Shown piece by piece: positions 1 to 8,925 of a DNA stretch of 64,000 nt. Source of the stretch: Gammaproteobacteria bacterium (GTDB lineage Bacteria; Pseudomonadota; Gammaproteobacteria; Eutrophobiales; Eutrophobiaceae). Location of the stretch: contig OZ253477.1 of NCBI GenBank assembly GCA_965261775.1, forward strand, positions 933,239 through 997,238, read 5' to 3'. The notes beneath the pieces were generated by a model that was not told where the DNA came from, ran no database searches, and saw only the letters and a program-made list of their open reading frames with translations. The number at the start of each line of letters is the position of its first letter. Position 1 is the stretch's first letter. The position numbers were made by a program, and so were the translations under genes.

Positions 1-461
1 ATCGCCCGGTCGGCGGCGGCGTCACCTTTTGAGGTGCGGATCATTTCCACCACTGCCTTAAACCATTCCTCACCGGTGAGGTGCGGGGCGTTGTCGGCGA
101 AGTCGTAAAAGTCCGGCTTTTCGTCCACAAAGATGTGGCGGGCGATTTTCAGCGGCGGCGGATTTTCCAGCGCACCGACAAACATCCCCCACTGGTCGTC
201 TTCATTTTCGCCGACCATCCGCCAAAACAACTGCGTTCCGCATTCGGCGCAAAATCCGCGCTGTGCCCACGGGGAGGATTGCCGCCATTTAAGGGAGTCG
301 TCCGCGTCAAAGACGGGACGGGATATGCTGGCAGCGGCGGGGGGCAAGCCGCCGTTGAGTCTGCGGCACATTGTGCAGTGGCACACGGTAACTTCGCTCG
401 GGACTTCCGCCAGCCGAAACTGCACGGCGCCGCACTGGCATTTTCCAATTTGCTCGCTCAT
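1..461 (-). CDS. GFA (glutathione-dependent formaldehyde-activating / CENP-V-like) family protein; C-terminus runs off the window edge
   Basis: Minus-strand ATG at 461 is preceded by an AAGGAG Shine-Dalgarno. The translation begins MSEQIGKCQCGAVQFRLAEVPSEVTVCHCTMCRRLNGG..., a Cys-rich CxC...CHC..C zinc pattern typical of GFA-fold proteins. The ORF is open to position 1, which is why it is absent from the complete-ORF track. Confidence 0.7.
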   Translation of the reverse strand, partial: MSEQIGKCQCGAVQFRLAEVPSEVTVCHCTMCRRLNGGLPPAAASISRPVFDADDSLKWRQSSPWAQRGFCAECGTQLFWRMVGENEDDQWGMFVGALENPPPLKIARHIFVDEKPDFYDFADNAPHLTGEEWFKAVVEMIRTSKGDAAADRA

Positions 462-508
462 GGTTGGAGCTCCTTTAAGTGTGTCGGGAAAGCTGCATTG
501 TAGCAGGT

Positions 509-543
509 TTCAGTTGCCAGGTGATTGGTTATACTGATGTCGG
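509..543. repeat. direct repeat R1 (gtttcagttgccaggtgattggttatactgatgtcgg), one of three copies bracketing a small cassette
   Basis: The same 27-35-bp sequence occurs at 509-543, 1081-1113 (variant cagttgcctggggactggttatactgatgtcgg) and 1151-1177. Confidence 0.8.
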
Positions 544-649
544 TTATTGATTTTAATTGTCAGGACGATCCGCCAGCTTAAAAAAGGCTTGGCCACTGAG
601 CCTGATTAACAAATCAGTGGCATTTTATTAAATAATAGGAGATGAAGAA

Positions 650-928
650 ATGAAAAATATAATAATAAGTATACTTGTGCTTTTCACGGCGGGGTGCTTC
701 GCAACCCTGAAACCCGCCATATCGGATATTTCCGATTCGATGGTGAAGGTTCAGGCCCAAAAAAACCCTGTGGGACAATATCCTCCCGAAACGGAAATTG
801 AACAAGAAGCCATTCGTGGCTGTGCGCAGTATGAAAAATATCCTAATTTGATGAGTAGTCGTTGTGTTTTCGTCGAATTTGGTGATTGCAAAATCAGGGA
901 GTTTTTGTTCACTTGTAAGGAAATGTGA
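650..928 (+). CDS. small lipoprotein, hypothetical
   Basis: An AGGAGA Shine-Dalgarno sits 8 nt upstream. The N-terminus MKNIIISILVLFTAGC carries a lipobox (L-F-T-A-G-C). The protein is 92 aa with 5 Cys. Confidence 0.6.
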   Translation: MKNIIISILVLFTAGCFATLKPAISDISDSMVKVQAQKNPVGQYPPETEIEQEAIRGCAQYEKYPNLMSSRCVFVEFGDCKIREFLFTCKEM

Positions 929-933
929 ACGTA

Positions 934-1107
934 ATGGCAGGTAGAGCTGAAACCGTCAAATGGAAGATTGTGGAATTTATTCCGGAAACGCCCGATGACG
1001 GGATTGTTTATGTGTCGAACCAGTACAACGTCGCGGTGCATAGATGTTGTTGTGGCTGCGGTGAGAAAGTCGTCACGCCTCAGTTGCCTGGGGACTGGTT
1101 ATACTGA
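934..1107 (+). CDS. 57-aa Cys-rich hypothetical peptide with an HRCCCGCGEKVV zinc-ribbon-like motif; its C-terminus and stop codon are encoded inside repeat R2
   Basis: The ORF is translationally coupled to the lipoprotein gene (ATG 934; an alternative GTG at 925 overlaps the upstream stop). The last 8 residues, QLPGDWLY, are supplied by the repeat. Confidence 0.4.
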   Translation: MAGRAETVKWKIVEFIPETPDDGIVYVSNQYNVAVHRCCCGCGEKVVTPQLPGDWLY

Positions 1108-1113
1108 TGTCGG
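1081..1113. repeat. direct repeat R2 (diverged copy)
   Basis: Matches R1 over about 30 of 33 nt. Confidence 0.8.
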
Positions 1114-1118
1114 TGTAG

Positions 1119-1138
1119 GCCCCCGCTTTCGCGGGGGC
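1119..1138. repeat. perfect GC-rich hairpin gcccccgc-tttc-gcgggggc
   Basis: An 8-bp perfect inverted repeat with a 4-nt loop between R2 and R3. No U-tract follows it. Confidence 0.7.
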
Positions 1139-1150
1139 GACGGTGGATGC

Positions 1151-1177
1151 GTTTCAGTTGCCAGGTGATTGGTTATA
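1151..1177. repeat. direct repeat R3 (identical to the first 27 nt of R1)
   Basis: Exact match gtttcagttgccaggtgattggttata. Confidence 0.85.
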
Positions 1178-1367
1178 AGGCGTAACCCGTCAAAAGCACC
1201 CCGCGAATATTCAAAAGCGTCGGGGGATGTCGGCCCCTGCTCAAAAGCGCTATAGTCATGAGGGGAAAGGGCCGCTTCATGGCGTGGTATGGCCGGGTTC
1301 CCGCTCGCGCAGAAGGCGTGGTTTCGCACCGTTCTCAAACGCATCATCATTTACGTTAAAATGGCTT

Positions 1368-2177
1368 ATGTTTCCGGACCTGGGATTGATGATCATGATT
1401 GCCTACGCCGCCGCCGGTATCCTGGCGGGTCTGGTCGGGGGTATGCTGGGGATCGGCGGCGGTATTGTCATTGTGCCCGTTTTGCATTATCTGTTTCAAT
1501 ATCAGGGCTTTCCGGCGTCCAGCCTGATGCAGGTGGTGATCGCGACGTCGCTGGCGACCATCGTTGTGACGTCCGTTGCCGCGACTTACGCGCATCACCG
1601 GAAAGGGGCTGTGTTGTGGCCTGTCTTGTTCCGGTTTGTGCCCGGCCTGCTGATCGGCAGTTGTCTGGGCGCCATGCTGGCCGATATTGTTTCGAGTGAT
1701 TTTCTGCGCCTTATCTTCGGCGCGTTTGAGATACTGGTCGCCCTGCAAATCGGGTTCAACCTGACGCCAGGTGCGCGGACGGCGTTGCCGAATGCCTCGG
1801 TACTGGCGGGTTCCGGCACCGGTATCGGTTTCTTTTCGACGCTGCTGGGGATCGGCGGCGGCACGCTGACTGTCCCGTTTTTATTGTGGCATAACGTTAA
1901 TATCCGTAATGCCGTCGCGGTCTCTTCCGCCTGCGGTTTTCCCGTTGCGGTGGCGGGTACGGCGACGATGATTGTGGCTGGCCAGGATAACAGCGGATTG
2001 CCGGAGCATGCTTTCGGTTATCTCTACTGGCCGGCGGCGCTGCTCATCATGGCGATGACAGTGGTATTCGCTCCGTATGGGGCGAAATTGACGCATTATC
2101 TTCCCGTCAATATATTAAAACGCCTGTTCGCGGTATTATTGTTTATTGTGGGGGTCAGGATGCTGGTGCCCGCCTGA
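1368..2177 (+). CDS. TSUP/TauE/SafE (DUF81) family sulfite/anion exporter membrane protein
   Basis: Duplicated motifs GGMLGIGGGIVIVPVL and GIGGGTLTVPFLL. The protein is polytopic, and ATG 1368 gives a typical length of about 270 aa. Confidence 0.8.
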   Translation: MFPDLGLMIMIAYAAAGILAGLVGGMLGIGGGIVIVPVLHYLFQYQGFPASSLMQVVIATSLATIVVTSVAATYAHHRKGAVLWPVLFRFVPGLLIGSCLGAMLADIVSSDFLRLIFGAFEILVALQIGFNLTPGARTALPNASVLAGSGTGIGFFSTLLGIGGGTLTVPFLLWHNVNIRNAVAVSSACGFPVAVAGTATMIVAGQDNSGLPEHAFGYLYWPAALLIMAMTVVFAPYGAKLTHYLPVNILKRLFAVLLFIVGVRMLVPA

Positions 2178-2201
2178 GGAGAGGGTGCGAAATGGCGGTT
2201 T

Positions 2202-2627
2202 GTGGAAATGACGATAATACAGCATACGTTTAATTTTAATACGCGGCCGCGGCAGATACTGGAGTTTACCCGTGAGGTACAGGATGTCGTGGCGGACAGC
2301 GGCATGGCGCGTGGCCTGTGCCATTTGTTCATCCGCCACACCAGCGCTTCTTTGATGATTTGTGAAAACGCTGATCCGGATGTTCAGGCTGATCTGGAAA
2401 CGTTTATGCGGCATATCGCGCCGGACGGCGATCCGATGTTTACCCATGTTACCGAGGGCGCGGATGATATGCCCGCGCATATCCGCACCCTGATTACGAA
2501 TGTCAGCCTGACCGTGCCGATCACTTCGGCGCGTTGTCAGTTGGGGGTCTGGCAGGGTATTTATCTGTGGGAGCACCGCACCGGCCCGCATCGTCGTGAG
2601 GTCATCATGACACTGCACGGAGAATAG
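2202..2627 (+). CDS. yjbQ: YjbQ/UPF0047 family secondary thiamine-phosphate synthase-like protein
   Basis: 141 aa. Family motifs ...HTSASL.I.ENADPDV..D... Confidence 0.8.
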   Translation: MEMTIIQHTFNFNTRPRQILEFTREVQDVVADSGMARGLCHLFIRHTSASLMICENADPDVQADLETFMRHIAPDGDPMFTHVTEGADDMPAHIRTLITNVSLTVPITSARCQLGVWQGIYLWEHRTGPHRREVIMTLHGE

Positions 2628-2629
2628 CC

Positions 2630-2920
2630 ATGGCAAAAGCTGTCTGGAACGGCGCCGTACTGGCGGAAAGCGCGGCGTGTAAAAAAGTGGAGGGCAATCT
2701 CTATTTCCCGCCGGAATCTGTCAACAAGGCGTTTTTAAGGAGCAGCGATACCCGTTCGGTTTGTTTCTGGAAAGGCCGGGCCCGTTATTACGATATTGAG
2801 GTCAGTGGCAAAACCTGCAAGGACGCCGCCTGGTATTACCCCAAAACAACGCCGTTAGCGAGGCATATCAAGGACTATATCGCGTTTTGGAAAGATGTCG
2901 AGGTAACGGAAAAGCCCTGA
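2630..2920 (+). CDS. DUF427-like small protein, uncharacterised
   Basis: 96 aa, starting 3 nt after the yjbQ stop. Motifs AVWNGAVLAES...YFPPESV...AWYYP. Confidence 0.5.
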   Translation: MAKAVWNGAVLAESAACKKVEGNLYFPPESVNKAFLRSSDTRSVCFWKGRARYYDIEVSGKTCKDAAWYYPKTTPLARHIKDYIAFWKDVEVTEKP

Positions 2921-2963
2921 AAAGCGGGTCGTGCCGGGGGAGACAGGTTGACGGGCATTTCGG

Positions 2964-4046
2964 CTATTGTTTCGCGCCCAGTTGCTTTGCCCGATTCAGA
3001 CGTTTGCCGTAATCATCCGCCTGGTCTTCCCAGCCCTGACAGTGTTGCAGGATGATTTGCGTCAGCGCGTTAATATGATCTTCTCTGTCGTTCAGGGCGG
3101 GAATATAGGAAAAATATGCGCCGCCTGCCCGGAAAAAATTTTGTTCGTTTTGCAGTTTAATTTCTTCGAGCGTTTCAAGACAGTCAACGGCAAACCCCGG
3201 GCAGATCACTTGCACATGGCGGACACCGTTTTTGGCGAGTGCCGTCAGGGTTTTGTCCGTATAGGGTTTCAACCATTCGCGCGGACCAAAGCGGGACTGG
3301 AACGTGACTTGCCAGTCCGCGTCGGCCAGACCCAGTTTTTCTGAAACCAGCCGCGCTGTTTTATGGCATTCGCAATGGTAGGGGTCCCCGGCAAGAAAGT
3401 AATGCCTGGGGATGCCGTGAAAAGAGTACAGGAGCTTTTCCGGCTTTGGGGATTCCTGCCAGTGCTGTTCAATGCTGTTCGCCAAAGCGGCGATGTAATC
3501 GGGATGGTCATGGTAATGATTGATCATTCTTAATTCAGGGATACGCCGCCAGGTTTTCAGTTCGTCGGCGACGGCGTCAAAGGTCGAGGCGGTGGTGGTG
3601 GCGGAGTACTGCGGATAAAGCGGAAAAATCAAAACGCGGTTGGCGCCGGCCTGTCGAAGTTTTTTCAGCCCCGAGGCGATCGACGGGTTACCGTAACGCA
3701 TGGCTATCTCAACCACAAAGGGGGTATCGGTCAGTTTGTCCAATCGGGTCTGTACCGCGTCGACCTGTCTTATGCTGTGGTAAAGCAAGGGGGAGCCGCT
3801 GTCCGTCCAGACTTCCTGATAGGCTCTGGCCGAGCGGCGGGGCCGGGTACGGAGAATTATGCCGTGCAGCACAAACCACCAGATGAATTTTGGCACTTCA
3901 ATGATACGCGGGTCAGACAGGAATTCTCCCAGGTATTTTCTCAAGGCGGCCGGCGTCGGCATATCGGGCGTGCCGAGATTGCTGATCAGTACCCCCGTGC
4001 AACCTGTGTCGTCGTGTTTGTGGTCCGGGTCACCCTGATATTTCAT
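2964..4046 (-). CDS. hemH: ferrochelatase
   Basis: GVLISNLGTPDMPTPAALRKYLGEFLSDPRIIE is the N-terminal ferrochelatase signature. Confidence 0.9.
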   Translation of the reverse strand: MKYQGDPDHKHDDTGCTGVLISNLGTPDMPTPAALRKYLGEFLSDPRIIEVPKFIWWFVLHGIILRTRPRRSARAYQEVWTDSGSPLLYHSIRQVDAVQTRLDKLTDTPFVVEIAMRYGNPSIASGLKKLRQAGANRVLIFPLYPQYSATTTASTFDAVADELKTWRRIPELRMINHYHDHPDYIAALANSIEQHWQESPKPEKLLYSFHGIPRHYFLAGDPYHCECHKTARLVSEKLGLADADWQVTFQSRFGPREWLKPYTDKTLTALAKNGVRHVQVICPGFAVDCLETLEEIKLQNEQNFFRAGGAYFSYIPALNDREDHINALTQIILQHCQGWEDQADDYGKRLNRAKQLGAKQ

Positions 4047-4095
4047 AGGGGGTTCTTTTCAGCGGATGAGTGATGCGCGTGGACAGGGGTCGATG

Positions 4096-4980
4096 TCAGG
4101 GAAGACCCTTTTCCAAAGCGGCGATCCGTTCCTCCAGCGGCGGATGGGTCATGAAGAGGCGGTTGATCCCGCCGCGCTTGCCGGAGATGCCAAACGCCGC
4201 CATTTCGTCTGGCAAGGGGGCAGGGTCGCTGGCCTGTTGCAGACGACGCAGGGCCGAGATCATTTTTTCACGCCCGGCCAGATAGGCGCCGCCGCTGTCC
4301 GCTCTGAACTCGCGCCGCCGTGAAAACCACAAGACGATAATACTGGCGAGTATGGATAACACAATCTGGATAAGGATGCTCCCGATCCAGTAACCGGGGC
4401 CGTGACCGCGCTCTATTTTGAAGACGGTGCGGTCGATGAGGTGTCCGATGACGCGGGAGAAAAAGATCACGAAGGTGTTGACAACGCCCTGTATCAGAGT
4501 GAGTGTGACCATATCACCGTTGGCGATATGACTGACTTCATGCCCCAGCACCGCTTCCACCTCGCCCTGGTCCATGCTGTTTAACAAACCGCTGCTCACC
4601 GCCACCAGCGCCGCATTTTTATTCATGCCGGTCGCGAAAGCGTTGGGTTGGGGTGAATCGAATATACCCACTTCCGGCATGCCGATACCGGCTTCCCGCG
4701 CCTGCATTTCAACGGTTGAGACGAGCCATTGCTCTTGTTGGTTGTCTGGCGTTTCAATGAGTTTAACGCCCATGCTTTTTTTGGCTATCCATTTCGATAT
4801 GGCGAGCGAAATCAGTGAACCACCCATACCTAACACCGCTGCGAAGATTAACAGCCCGGTCAGGTTTAATCCGCCGCCCTGCCCTTCAAGCATGGCATCT
4901 ATGCCCAGCAGACGCATGCTGACGCTGAGTACCAGCAGTATGGCGATATTGGTGCCGAAAAAAAGGAATAAACGCAACAT
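4096..4980 (-). CDS. htpX: zinc metalloprotease HtpX (M48)
   Basis: [10 protein letters not shown] motif, N-terminal membrane helices, about 294 aa. Confidence 0.9.
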   Translation of the reverse strand: MLRLFLFFGTNIAILLVLSVSMRLLGIDAMLEGQGGGLNLTGLLIFAAVLGMGGSLISLAISKWIAKKSMGVKLIETPDNQQEQWLVSTVEMQAREAGIGMPEVGIFDSPQPNAFATGMNKNAALVAVSSGLLNSMDQGEVEAVLGHEVSHIANGDMVTLTLIQGVVNTFVIFFSRVIGHLIDRTVFKIERGHGPGYWIGSILIQIVLSILASIIVLWFSRRREFRADSGGAYLAGREKMISALRRLQQASDPAPLPDEMAAFGISGKRGGINRLFMTHPPLEERIAALEKGLP

Positions 4981-5055
4981 GGTTATTCAAACCTCCTGTG
5001 ATAAATAGTCAAACCGGTAACATTATAGCGAAATAGCTACAAAAAAGCTGGCGTG

Positions 5056-7542
5056 TTATGTTTTTTGCAACACCGTCGCGGGCGGGACGGAGAAGACCTT
5101 GCGGGTACTGAGTAAACCGGTCGTGATGATAATCACGCCGCAGACGAGCGGGGAGATAATCCAGACGCGGGGGTTGATGGCAACGTCTATTTCGAATACA
5201 AATTCGGCGAGGATGAGTTCTATCACCGAGGCGGCAAAAGCGGACAGCAGACCTGTCACCAGCCCCAGACAGGCAAATTCCATCGCCAGACCGAAGAGAA
5301 TCTGTTTTCGACTGGCGCCCAAAGCGCTCATCAGTGCGGATTCACGCAGGCGCTCGTCGTGTGTCGCCTGAAGCGCGGCAACGAAAACGGCCAGACCGGT
5401 CAGCAGGGTGAAGATAAACACAAATTCCACCGCCCGCACTACTCGGTCCATGATGCTCCTCACCTGTTGCAGAATGGCGTCCACATCAAAGACGGTGATG
5501 CCCGGGAATTGCCGAACCAGTTGCGTCAACAACGGACGTTCGGATTCCGGCATATAAAAACTGCTGATAAACGTGGTCGGGTGGTCGGCCAGCGCTTGCC
5601 TGTTGGCGACGACGAAAAAGTTGACATTGAACGAATCCCACTCTACCCGGCGCAGGTTGAGGACTTCCGCACTTAAATCATGGGCGCCGATGGCATAGCG
5701 CAGAATGTCGCCCTGTTTTATCCCCAGCGTTTCGGCGATCCCTTCTTCGACGGAAAAGTAATGAACGGCGGTTTGTTTGTCCCACCAGCGCCCGCTGATC
5801 AGACGATTGTCTGCCTGCATTTCATCGGCGCGGGACAGGTTGAATTCCCTCGCTACCAGTCGCTGTGCACGCGGATCGTTAAAATCCTCGGGATTGACCG
5901 CCTTACCGTTGATATGGGTCAGGCGTCCGCGCACCATGGGATAAAAGCGGATATATTGACTGATCGAGTCGGACAGAAAGGCGCCGACACCATCGATCTG
6001 GTCGGCCTGTATATTGATCAGAAAATAGTTTGGCGTCTCTGGCGGCAAACGATTTCGCCAGTTTTCCAGCAGATCGGTACGGATCAATGTCAATAACAAC
6101 ATGACGGTGATACCCATGCCGATACCAACGATCTGCGCTGTACTCCGGCTGGAACGGCGGATGACATTGGCCAGTCCGTAACGCGCCCGTAATGCCAGTT
6201 GCGGTTGCAGACGCTTTAATAAACCAATCATCAGTTTCGCGGAAAGCGTCAGCAAAAGTGCGGTCAGCAGTAACCCGACGAGGATATAGAGGGTGAGGCC
6301 GATATTGCCTGATCGCCACGGGGTCAGCAGGGCCAGGGCAATCGCCGCCATGCCATAGATCAGGTAACCGGCGGGAGAGCGGGGACCGAGGTCGCGCCGC
6401 AGAACGCGCAATGGCGATACTTGTCGAAGGCGCATTAACTGAGGCAGGGCAAAGGCCAGAACGGCGATCAGACCGGTCATGATGCCGGAGGCTATCGGGA
6501 CCAATGACGGCGGCGGCAGATCATTTTGCAGCATGCCGGTCATCAGTCTATTCAAACCTTCCTGGGCGATATAGCCAAAAATACAGCCCGCCAGGCTGCA
6601 TAACAGGCCCAGCGCAAGCAGTTGTGTCAGATAGAGCTGCGTGATCTGGCGCTGTTGTAAACCCAGACAACGCAGGATAGCGCAGTTATCGTAATGCCGG
6701 ACGGCGTAACGCCGGGCGGCCATGGCAATGGCAAGGCCGGCGAGGGCGACGCTGACCAGCGCCGCGAGGCCGAGAAACTGCTCGGCGCGTTCAAGTGCCG
6801 TTCTGATTTCCGGCCGCGCCTCCCTGACGCTTTGTACGCTTATGTCACTGTCGTCACCAGTATTGATGGCCTGCTGATATCGCCTGACGGCGTCGGGCTC
6901 GCCACCCAGCAGTAAGCGGTAGCGCACGCGACTGCCCGGCGCCAGCAGACCGCTTTCGGCAAGGTCGGCGCGGTTCATTAACAGGCGCGGGGCGATATTG
7001 AAAAGGTCGCCACCGCGGTCGGGTTCGTAAGTGATGATCCGGTCAATAACGGGCGTTAACGCGCCCAGCCCGATCATATCTCCCGGCCCGGCCGGCAGAC
7101 TTTGTAACAAACGACTGTCAACCCAGACGCTACCGGACGGCGGGACGGCGTTCGTTATGCGTTCTTCGCCGAACAGGGTATCGGTGATCTTGATATTCCC
7201 GCGGATGGGGTAGCGTTCGTCAACCGCCTTGACTTCTACCAGTTCAAAGCTGTCTGCTTTTGTGATAACGCTGCGAAAACTCTCGTTCAGCGACCAGATC
7301 AGTCCGGTCTCTTCCGCCCGCCTTATATATGCATCGTCAATTTTCCGGGACGATATCAGTACCAGATCGGCGGCGAGTAATTCTTTTGCCTGTAAGGCCG
7401 TTGCGCGCTGTACCCGGTCGGTAAAGAAATGCACGGAGGTGAGACAGGCCACCGCCAGCACGATGGAGACGCCGATCAGCCATAGTTCGCCCGCCTTCCA
7501 GTCGCGCTTTAAAGACAGCGCCGCGAATTTAACGATATTCAT
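5056..7542 (-). CDS. ybbP: ABC transporter permease, YbbP-like, with duplicated FtsX domains
   Basis: 828 aa with two FtsX-type transmembrane blocks. Its start overlaps the upstream ATPase gene by 4 bp. Confidence 0.8.
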   Translation of the reverse strand: MNIVKFAALSLKRDWKAGELWLIGVSIVLAVACLTSVHFFTDRVQRATALQAKELLAADLVLISSRKIDDAYIRRAEETGLIWSLNESFRSVITKADSFELVEVKAVDERYPIRGNIKITDTLFGEERITNAVPPSGSVWVDSRLLQSLPAGPGDMIGLGALTPVIDRIITYEPDRGGDLFNIAPRLLMNRADLAESGLLAPGSRVRYRLLLGGEPDAVRRYQQAINTGDDSDISVQSVREARPEIRTALERAEQFLGLAALVSVALAGLAIAMAARRYAVRHYDNCAILRCLGLQQRQITQLYLTQLLALGLLCSLAGCIFGYIAQEGLNRLMTGMLQNDLPPPSLVPIASGIMTGLIAVLAFALPQLMRLRQVSPLRVLRRDLGPRSPAGYLIYGMAAIALALLTPWRSGNIGLTLYILVGLLLTALLLTLSAKLMIGLLKRLQPQLALRARYGLANVIRRSSRSTAQIVGIGMGITVMLLLTLIRTDLLENWRNRLPPETPNYFLINIQADQIDGVGAFLSDSISQYIRFYPMVRGRLTHINGKAVNPEDFNDPRAQRLVAREFNLSRADEMQADNRLISGRWWDKQTAVHYFSVEEGIAETLGIKQGDILRYAIGAHDLSAEVLNLRRVEWDSFNVNFFVVANRQALADHPTTFISSFYMPESERPLLTQLVRQFPGITVFDVDAILQQVRSIMDRVVRAVEFVFIFTLLTGLAVFVAALQATHDERLRESALMSALGASRKQILFGLAMEFACLGLVTGLLSAFAASVIELILAEFVFEIDVAINPRVWIISPLVCGVIIITTGLLSTRKVFSVPPATVLQKT

Positions 7543-8222
7543 GCGTCGCTTTCGCTCAGTTCCCCGCCAGCGATGACGATCCGGCGATCACAATGCGCGG
7601 CGATTTCATTATCATGCGTCACCATAATCAGGGTCGTGCCGCTTTTTTTATTCATGCTGAACAGCAAATCTATAATGCGTCTGGCGGTCTTCTGATCAAG
7701 GTTGCCAGTCGGCTCGTCGGCAAACAGGATGGCCGGGTTTCCGGCAAAGGCGCGGGCAATGGCGACGCGTTGCTGCTCGCCGCCGGAAAGTTGTTGGGGG
7801 TAGTGATGCAGACGTTCCTTCAAACCGACTTCCCGCAGACATTTTACGGCCAGTGCCTCCGCGTCTTTATTGGCGGCGAGTTCCAGTGGCAGGGCGGTAT
7901 TTTCCAGCGCTGTCAGAGCGGGCAATAACTGAAACGATTGAAAGACGAATCCCACATTTTCCCGGCGAATCTGTGCCCGCCCGTCTTCATCAAGTTGCGA
8001 CAGATCGGTGCCGCGCAAAATCACTCTTCCGGCAGTGGGTTTGTCCAGACCGGCCAGCAGCCCCAGCAAGGTCGATTTGCCCGAACCAGAGACCCCGATC
8101 ACCGCCAGACTTTCACCCTGCTTGACGGATAAATTGATATTGTTCAGGATAGTCAATATCCCTTCCGGGCTGGCGACTTGCTTTCCAAGCGTGTCAGCCT
8201 GCACAATGATTGGTGAGTTCAT
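7539..8222 (-). CDS. ybbA: ABC transporter ATP-binding protein, YbbA/LolD-like
   Basis: Walker [18 protein letters not shown] signature, Walker [13 protein letters not shown]. Confidence 0.85.
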   Translation of the reverse strand: MNSPIIVQADTLGKQVASPEGILTILNNINLSVKQGESLAVIGVSGSGKSTLLGLLAGLDKPTAGRVILRGTDLSQLDEDGRAQIRRENVGFVFQSFQLLPALTALENTALPLELAANKDAEALAVKCLREVGLKERLHHYPQQLSGGEQQRVAIARAFAGNPAILFADEPTGNLDQKTARRIIDLLFSMNKKSGTTLIMVTHDNEIAAHCDRRIVIAGGELSESDA

Positions 8223-8225
8223 TCT

Positions 8226-8849
8226 ATGCCGTATCGATTATTTACAGTTGCCATTTTGCTCTGTGTTCTTCCCGTGTTTGTGCATGCGAAGACGCTGCTT
8301 GTGCTCGGCGACAGTCTCAGCGCCGCCTATGGTATCCCGGTGGAACGGGGCTGGGTATCTTTGCTGGCACAACGCATTATAAAACATAAACTGGATTATA
8401 ATGTTGTCAATGCCAGTATCAGCGGTGAAACAACGGTCGGGGCAAGACGGCGTTTGCCGAAACTTCTGGATGAAATCCGCCCCGGGGTCGTTATCGTTGA
8501 ACTGGGTGGAAACGATGGCCTGCGCGGTTTTCCACTGGATGAGATTGAACGAAATCTGACAGCAATCATTGCTATGATACGGCAAGCGGGCGGGTATGTC
8601 CTGCTCGTGCCGATGCGATTGCCGTCCAATTACGGGGCCGCGTACAATCAGCGTTTCAGTGCCATCTACGACCGCCTGGCCGTTCCCCTGAATGTCAATT
8701 TATCCACGTTCATTCTGCACAACATCGCTCAATACCCCGAATTAATGCAAGACGACGGCATTCACCCGGTGGCCGACGCGCAATCCGTGATGCTGGAAAA
8801 TATCTGGCCGGCATTGCTGAATCTGATGCAACAGACAGAAAACCGATAG
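8226..8849 (+). CDS. tesA: acyl-CoA thioesterase I / lysophospholipase L1 (SGNH/GDSL hydrolase TesA)
   Basis: Signal peptide, GDSLS block, GGNDGLRG block. Divergent from ybbA as in E. coli. Confidence 0.85.
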   Translation: MPYRLFTVAILLCVLPVFVHAKTLLVLGDSLSAAYGIPVERGWVSLLAQRIIKHKLDYNVVNASISGETTVGARRRLPKLLDEIRPGVVIVELGGNDGLRGFPLDEIERNLTAIIAMIRQAGGYVLLVPMRLPSNYGAAYNQRFSAIYDRLAVPLNVNLSTFILHNIAQYPELMQDDGIHPVADAQSVMLENIWPALLNLMQQTENR

Positions 8850-8925
8850 CGGATATTGCCGCCGTTGAAACCGGTTTATATTCGGCGCGGTGCCTGCGCC
8901 GAACCCGACCGCGAAGCAGCCCGGT

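Noticed and set aside
81-537. Track ORFs 81-503(+), 133-537(+) and 149-448(-)
   Set aside because: All overlap the minus-strand GFA-family gene, which has a proper Shine-Dalgarno and ATG at 461 and a recognisable Cys motif. The + ORFs have no start context, and 133-537 merely ends inside repeat R1.
5099-6319. Several 90-140-aa ORFs inside ybbP on both strands
   Set aside because: They are embedded in an 828-aa FtsX-family permease. These are typical shadow ORFs of a GC-rich gene.
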